Below are positions 38,340 to 51,600 of a stretch of 63,548 bases of DNA, one piece after another. The stretch covers positions 59,210,453-59,274,000 of the forward strand of contig CM060732.1 in the NCBI GenBank assembly GCA_030704615.1, read 5' to 3'. The stretch is from Takakia lepidozioides (lineage: Eukaryota > Plantae > Bryophyta). How positions within the stretch are numbered: the stretch's first letter is position 1; each line of letters opens with the position of its first letter. The notes under the pieces are model-generated. The model was not told the DNA's origin and did no database searches. It saw nothing but the letters and a program-made list of their open reading frames with translations. The position numbers and the translations under genes were made by a program.

Positions 38340-39260
38340 CTACAGCCTCACATAGTCTCTTCCATATGGTGAATGGCGGTCCCCCTCCCCCTGACTTGAA
38401 TTTCTCTTCTTCTTGAAGATCCTCTCATAGGATGGGCCAGGGTCAATTCCCTCCACAGGCTTGGGATCATTCGTTGCATCTGCACAGCCAGGCCAACCAA
38501 TTTGTTGCATCTGCTGTTGGGATGGGGCTGGAAGAACAGGCTGTAACATCAACCAAAAATAAATCTATCCCATTAACATGCACAGATTAAACTTAGAAAT
38601 GTGGTTGGGAAGAGTGTATTTAAAACAATGGCACAGATACAAACACCAACCTCCATACTAGGATTGCAAGGTTGCTTCAGGCTTGAATGGCAAGTGTTGC
38701 ACGGAGAGCTGCCGCAGCGGTTGTTGCTGTTTTTTGAGCTCTTGCTGTTTTTGCTTTTGCTGTAACTCCTTCTGTTGCTGTTGGGATGGGGCTGGAGGAG
38801 GAGGGAGGGCCGCATGCAATGTAGGGAAGTCTTGTCCTCTCCGCGCTACAGCCAAGTTTGCCACTATTGAGCCCACATCTCTTGCTGCAAGGGAGGCAGA
38901 CTTGGGTTGCAGGGATTGCCCACGAGGCTGTATGTACACATGACTTGATCTGAACCTCAAATTCACAGAAACAAAAGCAGAGCACCGCAATTGGACCCCA
39001 ACAGGGCCATGGCTCATACCTGATGGATCCAGCTCATCTGTTGGATCAAGAGTCCACGATAGGAGCACCTTGCGATGCCGAATGATTTTAATGTCGAGTG
39101 ACAGAAGCTCCTCAGCGTTGACCTCAAGGAAATCAGCACCACTCATATCCTCCTCAATCAGCCTTTCGTAGTAGTCATTGGTGCTCAGTAGTGAGCAGAT
39201 GTGTTCAGCTAACTTCTGAGCTCCCCAGCTAGCAACCTCCATTTTACAATTAGCCTCCAT
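38340..39260 (-). CDS. SAM-domain protein with Q/P-rich tail (exon structure uncertain)
   Basis: VASWGAQKLAEHI...YYERLIEEDMSGADFLEVNAEELLSLDIKIIRHRKVLL fits the SAM consensus. Confidence 0.7.
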
Positions 39261-39477
39261 AGCCAGGCCTCGAGAGCTTGACACTACCAGTGCTGCTGGC
39301 GCATGTGACTTTCTAATACTCATGGTAGGAGCTGTAGTATCAAAATGAAAAACTGCTTGAGCTCCAGCAGAATTTGACAGGAAAATACTTTGGTAACCAA
39401 AGATGCTAAAATTGCTTAAAGGGATAATGAGAAAAGCCAAAATAGGATAGAGTAAGCTTCCCGGTTCTCAAATCTAA

Positions 39478-39940
39478 AAAGCAGATGATTTCTCAACTAC
39501 TGCACGGATAAAGAGTCTAACAAACACTACAAAAATCTCAAGACTCTGGCCATAGAGAATGACGTTCGAAAAAATTCAACCTGTGGGCCCGAGCTCAACA
39601 ACAGGAACTTGGTGATGTGGCTCAACTGCAGGAACTTGGTGATCTGGAATAATAGTTTGGACTGTTGGTGCTGCTACCGATTTTGAAATGCCAACTACAT
39701 GGAACGTAAAGCACCATCAGATCAAGTCAGCAACCCAAATCAGAAAAGCAGATAATTGCTCAACTACTGAACGGATAAAGATTCTGAGAAACAATACAAA
39801 AATCTCAAGAGTCTGGCCAGAGAGAAGGACGAAAAATTCAACCTGTGGGGAGCTCAACAACAGGAACTTGGTGATGAGGCTCAACAGCAGGAACTTGGTG
39901 ATCTGGAATAATAGTTTGGACTGTTCGTGCTGCTGCCAAT
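39478..39940. repeat. degenerate direct duplication (period ~265 bp)
   Basis: AAAGCAGAT..CTCAACTACTG..GGATAAAG and CAGGAACTTGGTGATCTGGAATAATAGTTTGG each occur twice. Confidence 0.75.
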
Positions 39941-42039
39941 TTCCGTGGCTTCTGTGCCGCCCTGGGTATTGCAATGGGTGGCAAGCCTAGCTCCTACAAT
40001 TTGACATTGTTTGCTCGAATCCTTGCCTCCCTCAACAGCAGATAATTGTTTGGAGGTGACTTCGGCATTATCCCTTTGCCCTTAGTAGCCTGTGAAACCT
40101 TCATGAGGATATGATCTGGTCAGAAAGTGCAATGGGAAATGAAAGAACTGATTATATTAGAGAACCCTTAGGAATAGTTGCATTTTTGTAGCCAGTGGAT
40201 GACTGGCAAGGTTCTTACTACCAAAACAAGTATAAGGTGTACATGTCAAAAAACGCAGCTGCAGCTTAGTCTTCAAGCAAAATATTGGACCTACTGACAG
40301 TCACATTCACTGAAAATCCCCACCACTTTCTCTGGGCAGCAACTAGTACTTGTTGAATACCTACACACCACGAGAACCAGAAAGCTACGCTACTGTCAGC
40401 TGGTGTGTACATGTACTGGATAAATTCCAATATAAGTTCCAGCGTATATAAGACTGTCACATAGAAGATAATCATCCAGACACCCACTCTATTACAACTG
40501 CAGGCAATAGACTGCACCATCTCACATTAACCATAAACTATGCCTCCTCGTCAGTTTCCATGAACCTCATTTCTAAGTGAGACAGCCACTTGATGAGGCA
40601 TACATGTCAAGAAATGCAGCTGCAGCTTAGTCTGCAATTAAGTGCAGGCTGACTCACCATGTCTACTTCGGTGAGCCTCGATCGCTCTCCAGATTACTCC
40701 TTGCTTTGGAGCACCAGCTATTAGCTGAATACCTACACGCCAGGAGAACCAGAAACCTACGCTCTGTTAGCTGATGTACATGTGCTGGATAAATTCCAGC
40801 GTAAATACCCTATGAAATAGAGGACTCCCTCCCTTTGCTGTAAATCTTTAGAGACAATGAGAGGAAGACAGCCAGTAGTTACACCAAGCATACAGGTATA
40901 CCACCCTCCAGTACACTAGATCAAATGTTTCTGAAAATGATTACAAAATGTAGAGACTTAAAGACAGGAATTGCATCAGAAAGGGCTGCATGAAGGAAAA
41001 AACAGTGAAAACAAGGCGACTGCAGGGAGGGAGAATAAAGATTGAAGTTATATCAATAGACCTAGACAGAGCAAAACCATCGCATTACAGATGAAAGAAG
41101 CACACTGAAATCTCAGCTTTGATTTCAACCTTCATTTTGGAAAAGGCGAGTTGAAAGACGAACATAGACCACTACACCACACAAATCTAAGGACGCAATA
41201 AGTTAAAATCACTTCTTCACGAGAGGAGATGCAGGAAAAGAACAACCATTCAAAAGCCCCCATATACAAAGAATGAAATCAAGATACAAATTAAAAAACA
41301 ACATAGACAAGTCAAGGAAACAATTTCAAGGCTAGACTTACTTGATAAGTCTTCTCTGAGCATGATAAGGCAAATTGTCAAGAAGAGTATTTGGAAGAAT
41401 GCTTACCCTTCCCTTTGCAGTAAGCAGTGGGACAGAAAAAGAATATGAGGACAGATGTTGCTGCATTGAGGGAGTGAACATGTGTTCTTCTAGTTCAGTC
41501 CTCAAAATCTCCAAGGTTTAACCTAAGTACTTTAAATTTCTTGATAATAGCACCGAAAACAGACATGACAAGAAAAAGAAATCATTAGTTCCTAAATGAA
41601 CAAGACTAGAGCTCTTTCTCTCTCTCACATGCCTAGCTATGAGAGATGAGAGAGGGAATATTCAACTATCAACCTTGTCCTTCTCTAAAACCTGTCCACT
41701 GCTTCTGACAGCAACAACCTTGGTCAGGTCTCCAAAGAAGATCAGGTAGCAGGTGGACTAAGGCTAGGCAGGTCCAATAGTGAACCTGAGGTTCAAGGCC
41801 TGCATGGAAGTGACAGTTTTCCTCAAAATGCCTACTTGAAGCTGCGAATTGCAAAAGAGAGTGCGAGACGAGAGAGAAGAGAGAAGAGCCTGAAAGAGAC
41901 GAGAGATATCTGGATGAACGAATCTAATGGATGAATCATTAGATTCATCCATCCAGTCCTTTACCACTTTATGCTTTCTGCCAAGTGTGTTGAGTGTCCA
42001 CCGATTCTCCTAACCTGCCTTACAACGTCCATTGCACCT

Positions 42040-43040
42040 TGTTAGAGGGCTGCTTGGGACTTAGACGCTTTTACGGGTTCTGTGGGGTAGCCTTAATTTT
42101 TGCGCAGACTTACGGATGGTAGACTGAGACCAACAGGAGCCTTAGGGGTGGCAGGCGCAGGCTTTAGGGAGGGTAGACAGCCCACACAACCCGACACAGC
42201 CAGACACAGCTTCGCACAGCCAGTCACAGCCCGTCACAGTCTGACACAGCTCGACACAGCTCGACACAGCTTCGCACAGCCAGTCACAGTCTGACACAGA
42301 CACAGCTTCGTACAGCCAGTCACAGCCCGTCACAGTCTGACACAACCCGACACAGCTTTGCACAGCCAGTCACAGCCCAACACAGCTTTACACAGCAAGT
42401 CACAGCTCACCACAGTCACAGCGTACATGGGGAACGGTTATCATTGACAGGGAACGACTGCGTGGGAACGACATTTGCAAAGGGAACGTGTTACTTCAGG
42501 GGTGACGGTTAGTTAGTTAGGTGGTTATAACAGCTTGCGGGTAGATTAGGCAGGGCGGCAACAGGAAGGGGATCACTTCACATGATCACTTCTTGAGGAG
42601 CGTGACTTGGTCAGGGGAGGAGGAGACGAAACGGAGAGATGACTTGATTGAGGCTTAATTCATGCAAGCTGTAGAATCATACAGTAGGGTAGAATAGGGA
42701 CACTATGGCATAGGCCTGATACTTGATTAATCTTAATCTGATACTTATTCGATACAAACATACTGTGTAGAGAGACATGAGAGAAGCTATGGAATGAATG
42801 CATGATTAATTGGAACTTAGTAGATACTGAAGCAATCTGATGCTTCAGTATACACAGTAAGGTAAATTGATAACATGAAGGCAAGAAGGAATACAAATAG
42901 GAAGCACAACTATGATTCACTAGCTGTAGGTCATGACTGATTGTTCTGAGCGGGCTGAGTGCTTAGAGATATCCAACTCTTCTATCTTGGAGTTTCCACC
43001 TCGGATAGCGAAGGGATGGGTGAGTAAAAGCCGCTCGACA
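42040..43040 (+). mobile_element. solo LTR related to the 6921-20010 element
   Basis: TGTTAGAGG...GCTCGACA termini; flanks CACCT/CAGCT (TSD with 1 mismatch); CACAG array; terminal ~120 bp nearly identical to the full element's LTR. Confidence 0.9.
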
Positions 43041-43399
43041 CAGCTTCAAGTGAGAAATACTCATTGTTTTTTATTGAGTCCCAGATGTCCTAGTCCAGAA
43101 GCAATACGAAACACCACCCTATGAGTACAGCCTATATCACAAGACTGCCATAGTCTGTTAAGCTCTTGAAAAATTCATATTTGTGCCTTTGGTTTGCGAT
43201 CCTCAATTTGAAGGGTACTAACTTTGCATTAGGAAGTTAAAGGTTGCCACTTACCCCTATAAGTAAGTGGTCTTTTAGAATTTAAAAATTGAGACTGTCA
43301 GCTTCTATGCTACTTAGATTTAACCAGTTCGGGTACATTGATAAATGCAAGGAAATGCGGATATGGCAAACCATCAAGCATCCATCTACAAACCTGTCA

Positions 43400-44340
43400 T
43401 CAAGTTCTGAAAGCAACCCTTGCACAAAACCAAAGTAGTTTTTCCACTTACCATAAGCTGGAGGATTTTGGACTGCAACTTGGCACGGAGAGAAATCAGT
43501 GTTACACCGCCCCTAACCCTGGCAGCTGGCTCCCAGTCAGCGAGCATGCTTATTACGGCACTGTTAAACCTCAGAGCCATAGTTTGCAGAAAAGACACAC
43601 ATGCCCCCATGCTGTGGGTATCTGCTGAGTTGTGAGGGGACACACCCCAGTGGTCCAAGACTAGCCACTCCAATCTTTCTGGCCCCCAGGTTGTAGAGAA
43701 ACTGCGACAACACATGGAGGCAATCTGAAATGACTCAACTTCAATTTCACACTTACCAACTTCAGTCCACTATTAGAAATCTGCACGCCCTACGAGGAAG
43801 ATCTACATTTCAAAGCTGCATTTCTAGGTGTATACAATAAATCGGTAAGTAAACACACAAGCTTGACAATGCACTTTTGTAGTGTTATTCGAAGCCATCG
43901 AGAATACAGGATTTTACCCCGATCTGAGAAGAGAGCATTGATATAAGGAGGTCTTGAAACTCCGACGGTGTATACAGGCTGGGCCACTTGCTTTGCAAAA
44001 ACCCATAGTATCCATTGACAAAATCGTCAGCCCCAGAGACAATGTAGAAGAGTGCCCATGCAAAGAAATCACGGCTAGCCTCATGCCCAAGCCTCTCATA
44101 AATTTCTTTCTTCACTTTCTGGAAGGCCTCTATCTGCCACGACAACGGAATAACTTCGCCCTGCCATCATTCGTGAACATCATTTGTTAATCTTCTTGGA
44201 AAACTGACACAGTGAAATTTCCAACTCGGGCGAACATGCATTGAACGTCAACAAAGCCATTTACCACGTCATTGTCAAGACATAACCTAACAAACATACA
44301 ACGTCCAAGCCAGTGTAGTTGAGGATGCCCGTGGCCCCTG
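43400..44340 (-). pseudogene. GDSL esterase/lipase fragment
   Basis: QIEAFQKVK...ALFYIVSGADDFVNGY...EFQDLLIS; next exon GPLGCVPSQL (frameshift) GACVSFLQTMALRFNSAV. Confidence 0.8.
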
Positions 44341-44413
44341 ATGCAAAATTCACGCCCTACAGTAGACGTTCACCTTTCGTTGCGGGATTGGCAGCAAGGG
44401 CAAACCCAAGAAC

Positions 44414-44596
44414 TCAGCTGGCAGCCTCCAACTCGTGAGCACGCTCTCGTTCACATAGATCATGCATCATCTTTTGACGCTTTTCACTCTGTTGTTTTCC
44501 ATTATTTGAACGCTCTCTACGTACAAGAAGTAGCTCATCATACACAACACGAGCCTTCTCGTCCCCAAGAACTTCATAGGCCTTTTGCAACCTCAC
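44414..44596 (-). pseudogene. DnaJ (DNAJC17/Cwf23-like) J-domain C-terminal fragment
   Basis: RLQKAYEVLGDEKARVVYD...SEKRQKMMHDLCERER. Confidence 0.7.
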
Positions 44597-45478
44597 AAAC
44601 TCAGCAGCCGCTAGCCAAAGAACACACCACGCAGAAACCCTCGACAGTCATTGTGAAGGTCAAAGAGGGAAACCACACGGTGGATCACCGACCACTCACG
44701 ACAGTAGCTGCAACGGCCTTGTAAAATTAAGGCACGTGGAAGCTGGAAGGTACGTTGAGGCGGTACGACTTTAGCCTTTCGGCGGCGCTCCCGCCCACTT
44801 TTTTCGCGTTCCAAATGATTTGTGATTGGTCAGACATGATTTCATGTCAGGTGTGGTCTAGTAGTGATATAGTGGTCTGTGAAGCTACCTTTATAATGTG
44901 TATGTGGGCTTTTTCATGTGGGAGTACAGCCAAGGGGCCATAGTATTCACATTACTTTAGAAACATGAAACAATGGTCTGATGAATTAAAACAACCCTGA
45001 GTTTTGACAGGAATCACTCTGAACAATCTTTTACAGTTCAGGTCTTGATGGAACCATAATCACAAGATCTACACAACCATTTTGAAAAAAAGGTGAACCA
45101 TAGTCCATGTCCTATAAAAGCCAGTGACTATTTCAAGATTAACCAACTCTAATATGCACAGCACCAGTTATCACATCCGGTCCACCCAGCCGCCACGCCG
45201 TGCCTAATTCATGCATCAGTTCTATCAGATCCTAGTGTCCTCCAAGCCACCATCCTCAATCATTTTCTCCTCTCCTCGTGTCTGCCAGAACCGCCGCTCT
45301 TTCTTCTTCGTGTACAGGTGACCTTCATCACCTGTTGACCTCCTTGGCAGGTGATCAGTACTCAAAGCTGGCAGTTGTCTCTCCAAACCTTCACGTGACA
45401 CTGCTCCAGCTTTCCCCCACCCTGTCATTCACACCGCCCCATGGCATTTTCCACCCAGAAGTCATTCAGACTTGTTAC

Positions 45479-46250
45479 TTAGAGGGCCATAACAAACTCC
45501 CCCACTAAAGATTCATCATTGTCCGCAATGATAGTGAAATGGGGAAAATCCAATTGTAGGTCACTCTCTTTTTCCCAAGTAGCTTCAGATTCTGGATAGT
45601 GATACCACTTGACAAGATGTTCACGATATGAACGATTTCGAAGGTGTTTCGTTCTTGTCTCCAGAATAGATTCAGGTTCAGCCAATAACTGACCTTCATT
45701 CATAATTTTGGGTAGTTCGGGTAGAATATGACTGGGGTCTTTCCTTAGGAGGCTGACATGAAAGACATCATGGATTTTCCAAGTAGCTGGCAGATCTAGC
45801 TGGTATGCGACAGATCCATAACGCTTTAAGATCACAAAAGGTCCACAAAATTTTGGGGACAGCTTAGGACACTTGCTCAATTTCAATTGGCTTCTTTTAG
45901 GAGCAACTTTCAAGAAGACATTGTCGCCTACCTCAAATTCACGGAAGCTTCTGTGCTTGTCAGCATAGAACTTGGCTCTTTCTTGAGCACTTCTCATGCT
46001 TCTCTTTACCAAATCCAACACCGAGTGCATTTCACGGACCATGCCATTGACAAACTAGACCTTAGACAATGGCGTGGAAAGAGAAGATGGGGTTAAACAA
46101 TCACGTCCATAGAGTGCTTGAAACGGGCTCATTCCGATGGCACTATGGAAATTCTTGTTATAGGCGAACTCTATCAAAGAGGGCCGGATTTCAAGCTCCA
46201 GATTGCCTACAATTCCTTGTGGAAGCAGTACACACCTCGCACACACAAGT
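45479..46250 (-). mobile_element. chromovirus integrase C-terminus with chromodomain, PPT and probable LTR start
   Basis: LIEFAYN...SPFQALYG; KFCGPF...IHDVFHVSLL; PESILETR...HLVKW..YPESEATWE; GGGGGAG tract before TG at 45494. Confidence 0.88.
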
Positions 46251-47620
46251 CCTCTTGGGTGCATGGTCAGTCAAATCCTCCATGGGTCATGACACAAGGT
46301 TGAGGACAATGTGGTGAGGCACCTTCTTCTTCGACCTATTTCAGCCTATTTTGCCCTCTCATCAGACCCAACCCTGAATTTACATATTGAGTGTTGTAAG
46401 TTAGCTCGTTGGGTGGATGTGGGGTGATTTGGAGTGACTTTGACAAGTTATTGCTGATGTGGCAGCAGAAAAGTACCCAGAAATAGATAACAAGATGAAG
46501 AGAAGCTTTGGGATGAACACTTTCCGACCCCAGTCAGTGGGAATTCAGAATTGGAACTATTGTTAAGTCCTAGGTTGGGGTGTTTTCTGGAAGAACTTCA
46601 CGCCGTCACTGTCAGCTGCTAGCAGCAAGGCTGAGGGATGTATTCATGATCTGTACACGGGCAGGGATAGCTGAGGGACCAGGGATAGAGGTCCAAATTC
46701 ATATTCAGGTTCAGGCTGAGGGATCAATAGCTACAAAAAATCAGCTGGAGTAGATGGTCAATTGTTGTAAGTGGAAACAATAGCGGCAACACAATTGATA
46801 GAATGAGGAGCTGCTAATGAAGGCACCTTCCTCAACACATTTCAGCCTATTTTTCCAAATAGGGTTGGAGTGTAAGAACAAATCTAGGCTGTCATCATCA
46901 GTTGCTAGCAGCAAGGCAATGATATATGCATGATTTGTGCAGAGGCATGGATAGTTGAAGGAACAGGGATAGAGTGTGGGTGCAGATTCACCCAAGATGG
47001 CCGGGCTTCAAGCTCCAGATTGAATCTATAGCTACAACAAACCTGCATGGATAGATGGTCAACTGGCAGCAGCGGCACAATTTATAAAATCAGACACTGC
47101 TAATGAATGCATCTTCTTCAACACATTTCACCCTGTTTTTCCCTCTTATCAGAATCGGCCCTAAATTTCCATGTTGAATTCTGCAAGTTAGCTGGTTGAG
47201 TGAATCTAGTTTGGAGTGACTTTGACATGATACTGCCAATGTGACAACAGGAAAGTATCAAAAAACAAGTAATTGAGATGAGGAGAAGTTGTGGAATGAA
47301 TACTGTTCTGCCCCAGTCAATGATGGGACAACCGAGGCAAAAAGGTGAATGCATGTTACATTTCATTGGCCATCAGACACATTCAGCATAGGAACTAGTG
47401 TCAGAAGCTGAGTTGGATGTTTCCTAGAATAAATCTAGGCTGTTATTGTCAGCTACTAGCAGCAAGGCAAGGATGAATGCATGATTTGTGCAAAGGCATG
47501 TGTAGCTGAAGGAGCAAAGAGTGTGTGAGTCCAGATTCATCCAAGAGGGCCAGATTTCAAGCACAAAATTACCTATGATTCCCTGTGGATCAATAGCTAC
47601 AAGAAACCTGCATGGGTAGA
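46170..47620. repeat. degenerate tandem duplications of several hundred bp
   Basis: GGCC.G..TTCAAGC recurs at ~46180, ~47000 and ~47548; CTAGCAGCAAGG at ~46620, ~46905 and ~47457. Confidence 0.6.
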
Positions 47621-47629
47621 TGGTCTATT

Positions 47630-47860
47630 CCGTGGGACTCAATCTATCACTGAGTCTTGCATTATGAGGATCACAATTGCTTGGCAGCTTACCTATACGA
47701 GGCCTTGACCCTTAGGCAATCCCCAGAGTAGTAGTAGCTTTGGGCTGCTTTTTTACTTTGGTTTTTTCATTTTGTATCATAAGCTCTTTGAGCTTCCACA
47801 GATGTAATAAAGTACCATTTGTTTCATTTCATTTTATTTTCATTTCGTTTTGTTTCATGG
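47630..47860 (+). mobile_element. older, diverged 3' end of the same LINE family
   Basis: TATGAGGATCA..TGCTTGGCAGC..ACGAGGCCTT..CCCTTAG followed by a CATTT-type tail. Confidence 0.8.
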
Positions 47861-48697
47861 CATGTCTTTCATTGTTTTCGCATTTCTAATGACATGATTA
47901 GTTCTCTTGTATGGCATTACATGCGTATGTACTAGTCGGCTCATTACAAACACCAAAACTTCAGAGCACTATGAGTGATTGTTCAAGTAATTTCGAGCAC
48001 TTCATTTAAAGTAGTAAAGCAGTGGTTACGCCGACTTCCGCAGTCGCAGTTGCCACTGGGCATGTAGCATTGCAAGTTATGTGGTCGACTACCACGTGGC
48101 GCCCCGGGCCCGTGGCCACGTGGCAGCAGTGCTGCTCGTCATGGGGCCGCCACGTCGGCGTCCACATCGACGTCCACGTCCACGACCGCATCCATGTGTC
48201 ACCGCGCTCCGGTGAGTCAGTCCACTCATCTGAAGGGAAAAGTCAAAGTCAGCCCAAAAGGTCAGACACACGGGCGGCCTGCCTGGTTACGCCACGTGGT
48301 TCTTCAGCATTAATCGCAATAATCGTTGAGCAGTTGTTTGCGCGTCTACGTCCTTTACCACTCCAATCATTGGATGTCCAACCCAACTTCCACGGGGGCT
48401 GCTATTTCATGAGCGGCAGGAGCATGAGCGGAAAAAAAAAAAGCATGAGCCGGCCATTGTGTGTCCACGGAAATAGGGTTAGGAGGCACGGAAATAGGGT
48501 CATGTGGACTCGTCATAGCAATGAAATGCAACATTTTATTGCAAATTTTGTGGCAAGCCACGTCTATACAAGTGTGTCCTAACTGACATAGCAGGAATGG
48601 GAACTACTCTCCTACACCTTCCGAGGAACTTGGCCCTCCTTCTTCCTCCTCCCCCCCATCCCCCCCATCCTCCGAGCTCTGTGATGCATCGGTTGCA

Positions 48698-51600
48698 CTA
48701 TGCCTCTAGAAAATTCCGTCCTCTCCTTGGGGGACTGTCCACCTCACCTCCTGGGAATCTTCTGCCTCTTCTCCCCCCACTTTCCTCAGCAGAATCCAAG
48801 ACAAATCTACGAGCCCGACGGGCTCTAATATCTGCTGCCTCCTCCCTCATCTTCATTTTCTTGAGGCTTGCCTCGTCTAAAATCTGCTGTACACGACTAG
48901 GTTCGGAAGACCTCCTAATGGACACCGAAGCAAGCCGGGCAGCATAAGTAGGAAGGATGTAGTTCCTTTCTGGACTAGGCATGAAATCCCCCCTGGCAAA
49001 AAAAGGCACGTTCCTCCTGCCCATGAACTCCGGTGTAGACGTCCCTCCTGCAGTACTTGGCATCCTACAGTAAGAACAAATCCACTTCAAGAATGTCAAT
49101 ACCAGCAGAAGCAGAAAGGGTTTTCAATGAAATAAGAGAGCAAAGGGAGGTGCCTCACAAAATCTGGAGGCAACTTACAATGCGACCATTCACTCGTAAA
49201 TCGGGGGCTCCTCGGCCTCGATCCCAACTTGTTCCTCCCCCTGCTCCTTCTCGGATTTTTCCTCATCCTCCAAGGGTGCCTCTTCCTCTTTGGGCAGACG
49301 TTCAGCCGCTGCAAGTTCCGAGTTGTGGAGGGCAGTATCTGGCTCGAAGGCAAACACATGCCTGTCGGACAACGTCCCTGCCCACATTGAAGCACCTGAG
49401 GAACAAAGCGGGCGGCTAATAGTTTGCGGCATACAATTGCAATGGGCCAGGGGACAAACTGAGCACGTGAAGGCTTACCCGTGCCACATGTGAGGTCAAG
49501 AATCCGCCCTTGGACATCCGAGCACGTCTCCATGAGGGTTTGGATGAAAGCAGGGTTCCGGGTCCGGCTGTACCGCCACGGTTTGCCTGTCTTTGTGTCC
49601 TTCGGCATACTGGAGTGGGGCACACAGTTGTAGAGGACATCGTAGGTAACAGGGTCCACAGCGGCATCAACAAGACAACCGTCGTTGCGGAATTTGAACG
49701 TAGACCCTCTCACAAAGCAATATGCCTCAAACACCAATGTCTGCACATCCAACAAAAGAGGGATCAACTCCGGGATCTAGTTTAGATACACCACAATATG
49801 AGGTGAATGCAATAGATTGATAACTTACACTTTGGCCCTCTGTTCGCAACCCCTGTGTATTGATGCAGAACCATTTTCTGAGGAGGACCGGGGTGACACT
49901 TTTCGGTGTCCATCTTGCCACCGCATTCTCTGTTGTCTTCCTTCTTGTGGCAATGACAACCACACATCCACCGTCATCCAGGAGCATCCCCGCCAGCCCA
50001 AACCCGGCTTTCCAGTAGTCCTCAGTAAACCTGTTCCAGTTGGGCACACCATCCAGGCCCTCCAGCAGCTCCCCATCTGGAATGTCGAGAAGAATCATAT
50101 CGCAAGCTCTCTCCACCTCAACCCCCCCCCCCCCCCCCCCCCCCGAGTGCTCTTGCAATCCGTGCTCACAGCTGTGAAGAATTCCATCATGGCTTCAAAA
50201 CCAGGGGTGTCTTTAGGCTCTGTACCGGCAGCCCTCTTCTTGGCTTTCCCCTTCTGCTCCGCCAGAGACTTGCTGTGTGCAACCTTCTTCGCCCTGGCAG
50301 TGAGAGCGTCAAGGAAGCTCTCATTGACGCATTGGATGATGGTTGGAGGTTCTAGCTTTGGCCTGTGCGTAAACGTCACCGCCGAATACCGCTGTGTAGG
50401 CTCGCCCTCAAATGCCAACTTCTTGGCAGAGCCAGTCCCACTCCGAACTGACTTGGGAACCCGGACGACCGGTGACTTGGTAGCAGCAGCAGCAGTCGCA
50501 GGACCTTGAAAAAAGTCGTCGTCCGAGTCACTCCCTTGGGTCCCCTCCTGCGCCTCCTCCGATGCCCCGATGGTTTTTTGTTTTTTGGGTGTTAATGTAC
50601 TCACCTGTTTCCTTGTCCTTTTCCTTTGGCCTTTATTCTTTTCATTCAATTTCTCCTGAATTCCTGCCTGAGCAAGCTCTGCCGCTTTCCTGGAGTTTGC
50701 AAGCGTTTTTGCCTCTTTTGGATCCAGCGGAGGCAGCGGAGCCCGGTTTCGTCGGGCCTCAGCATCCAGCTTCAATTGAAACTCAGATGGGTCGAGTGAG
50801 CCGGGCGGAAGGTCCACATACCAAGGGCAATCACACAAATGTTCCAGATGCCACTCCTTCACAATAACGTCAGTGTACATGGAGTCAGCCCCAGGGTTCC
50901 TCTATGCCAGGAAGAATGGTGGCTCGAAAGACAGATGACCTTCCTCCAAAAGGGAGAACTTGCAGTACCTGCATTCATGAAAAACACAGAATGAGGTCCC
51001 TGAACTGGAAATTCGGCACCATTTTCCCAGGTTGGGGCGGAACTGACTGGGCCTAGAACTGGAAAAATGGCGCCGAATTTTGGTTTTCGGTGCTAGCCAC
51101 GCTAGGGACAGCCATTTTGGGAGCCCTGAACTGGAAATTCGGCGCCATTTTCCCAGGTCCGGGCCGAAAATGGCTAAGTCCCTGAACTGACTGGCCCTGG
51201 AATTGGAAAAATGGCGCCGAATTTTCGGTTTTTCGGTGCCAGCCACCCTAGGGACTTAGCCATTTTGGGAGCCCTGAACTGGAAATTCGGCGCCATTTTC
51301 CTAGGTCCGGGCCAAAATGCCTAAGTCCCTGAACTGACTGGCCCTGGAATTGGAAAAATGGCGCCGAATTTCGGTTTTCGGTGCCAGCCACCCTAGGGAC
51401 TTAGCCATTTTGGGAGCCCTGAACTGGAAATTCGGCGCCATTTTCCCAGGTCCGGGCCGAAAATGCCTAAGTCCCTGAACTGACTGGCCCTAGATTGGAA
51501 AATGGCGCCGAATTTCGGTTTTCGGTGCCAGCCACCCTAGGGACTTAGCCATTTTGGGTGCCCTGGACTGGAAATTCGGCGCCATTTTCCCAGGTCCGGC

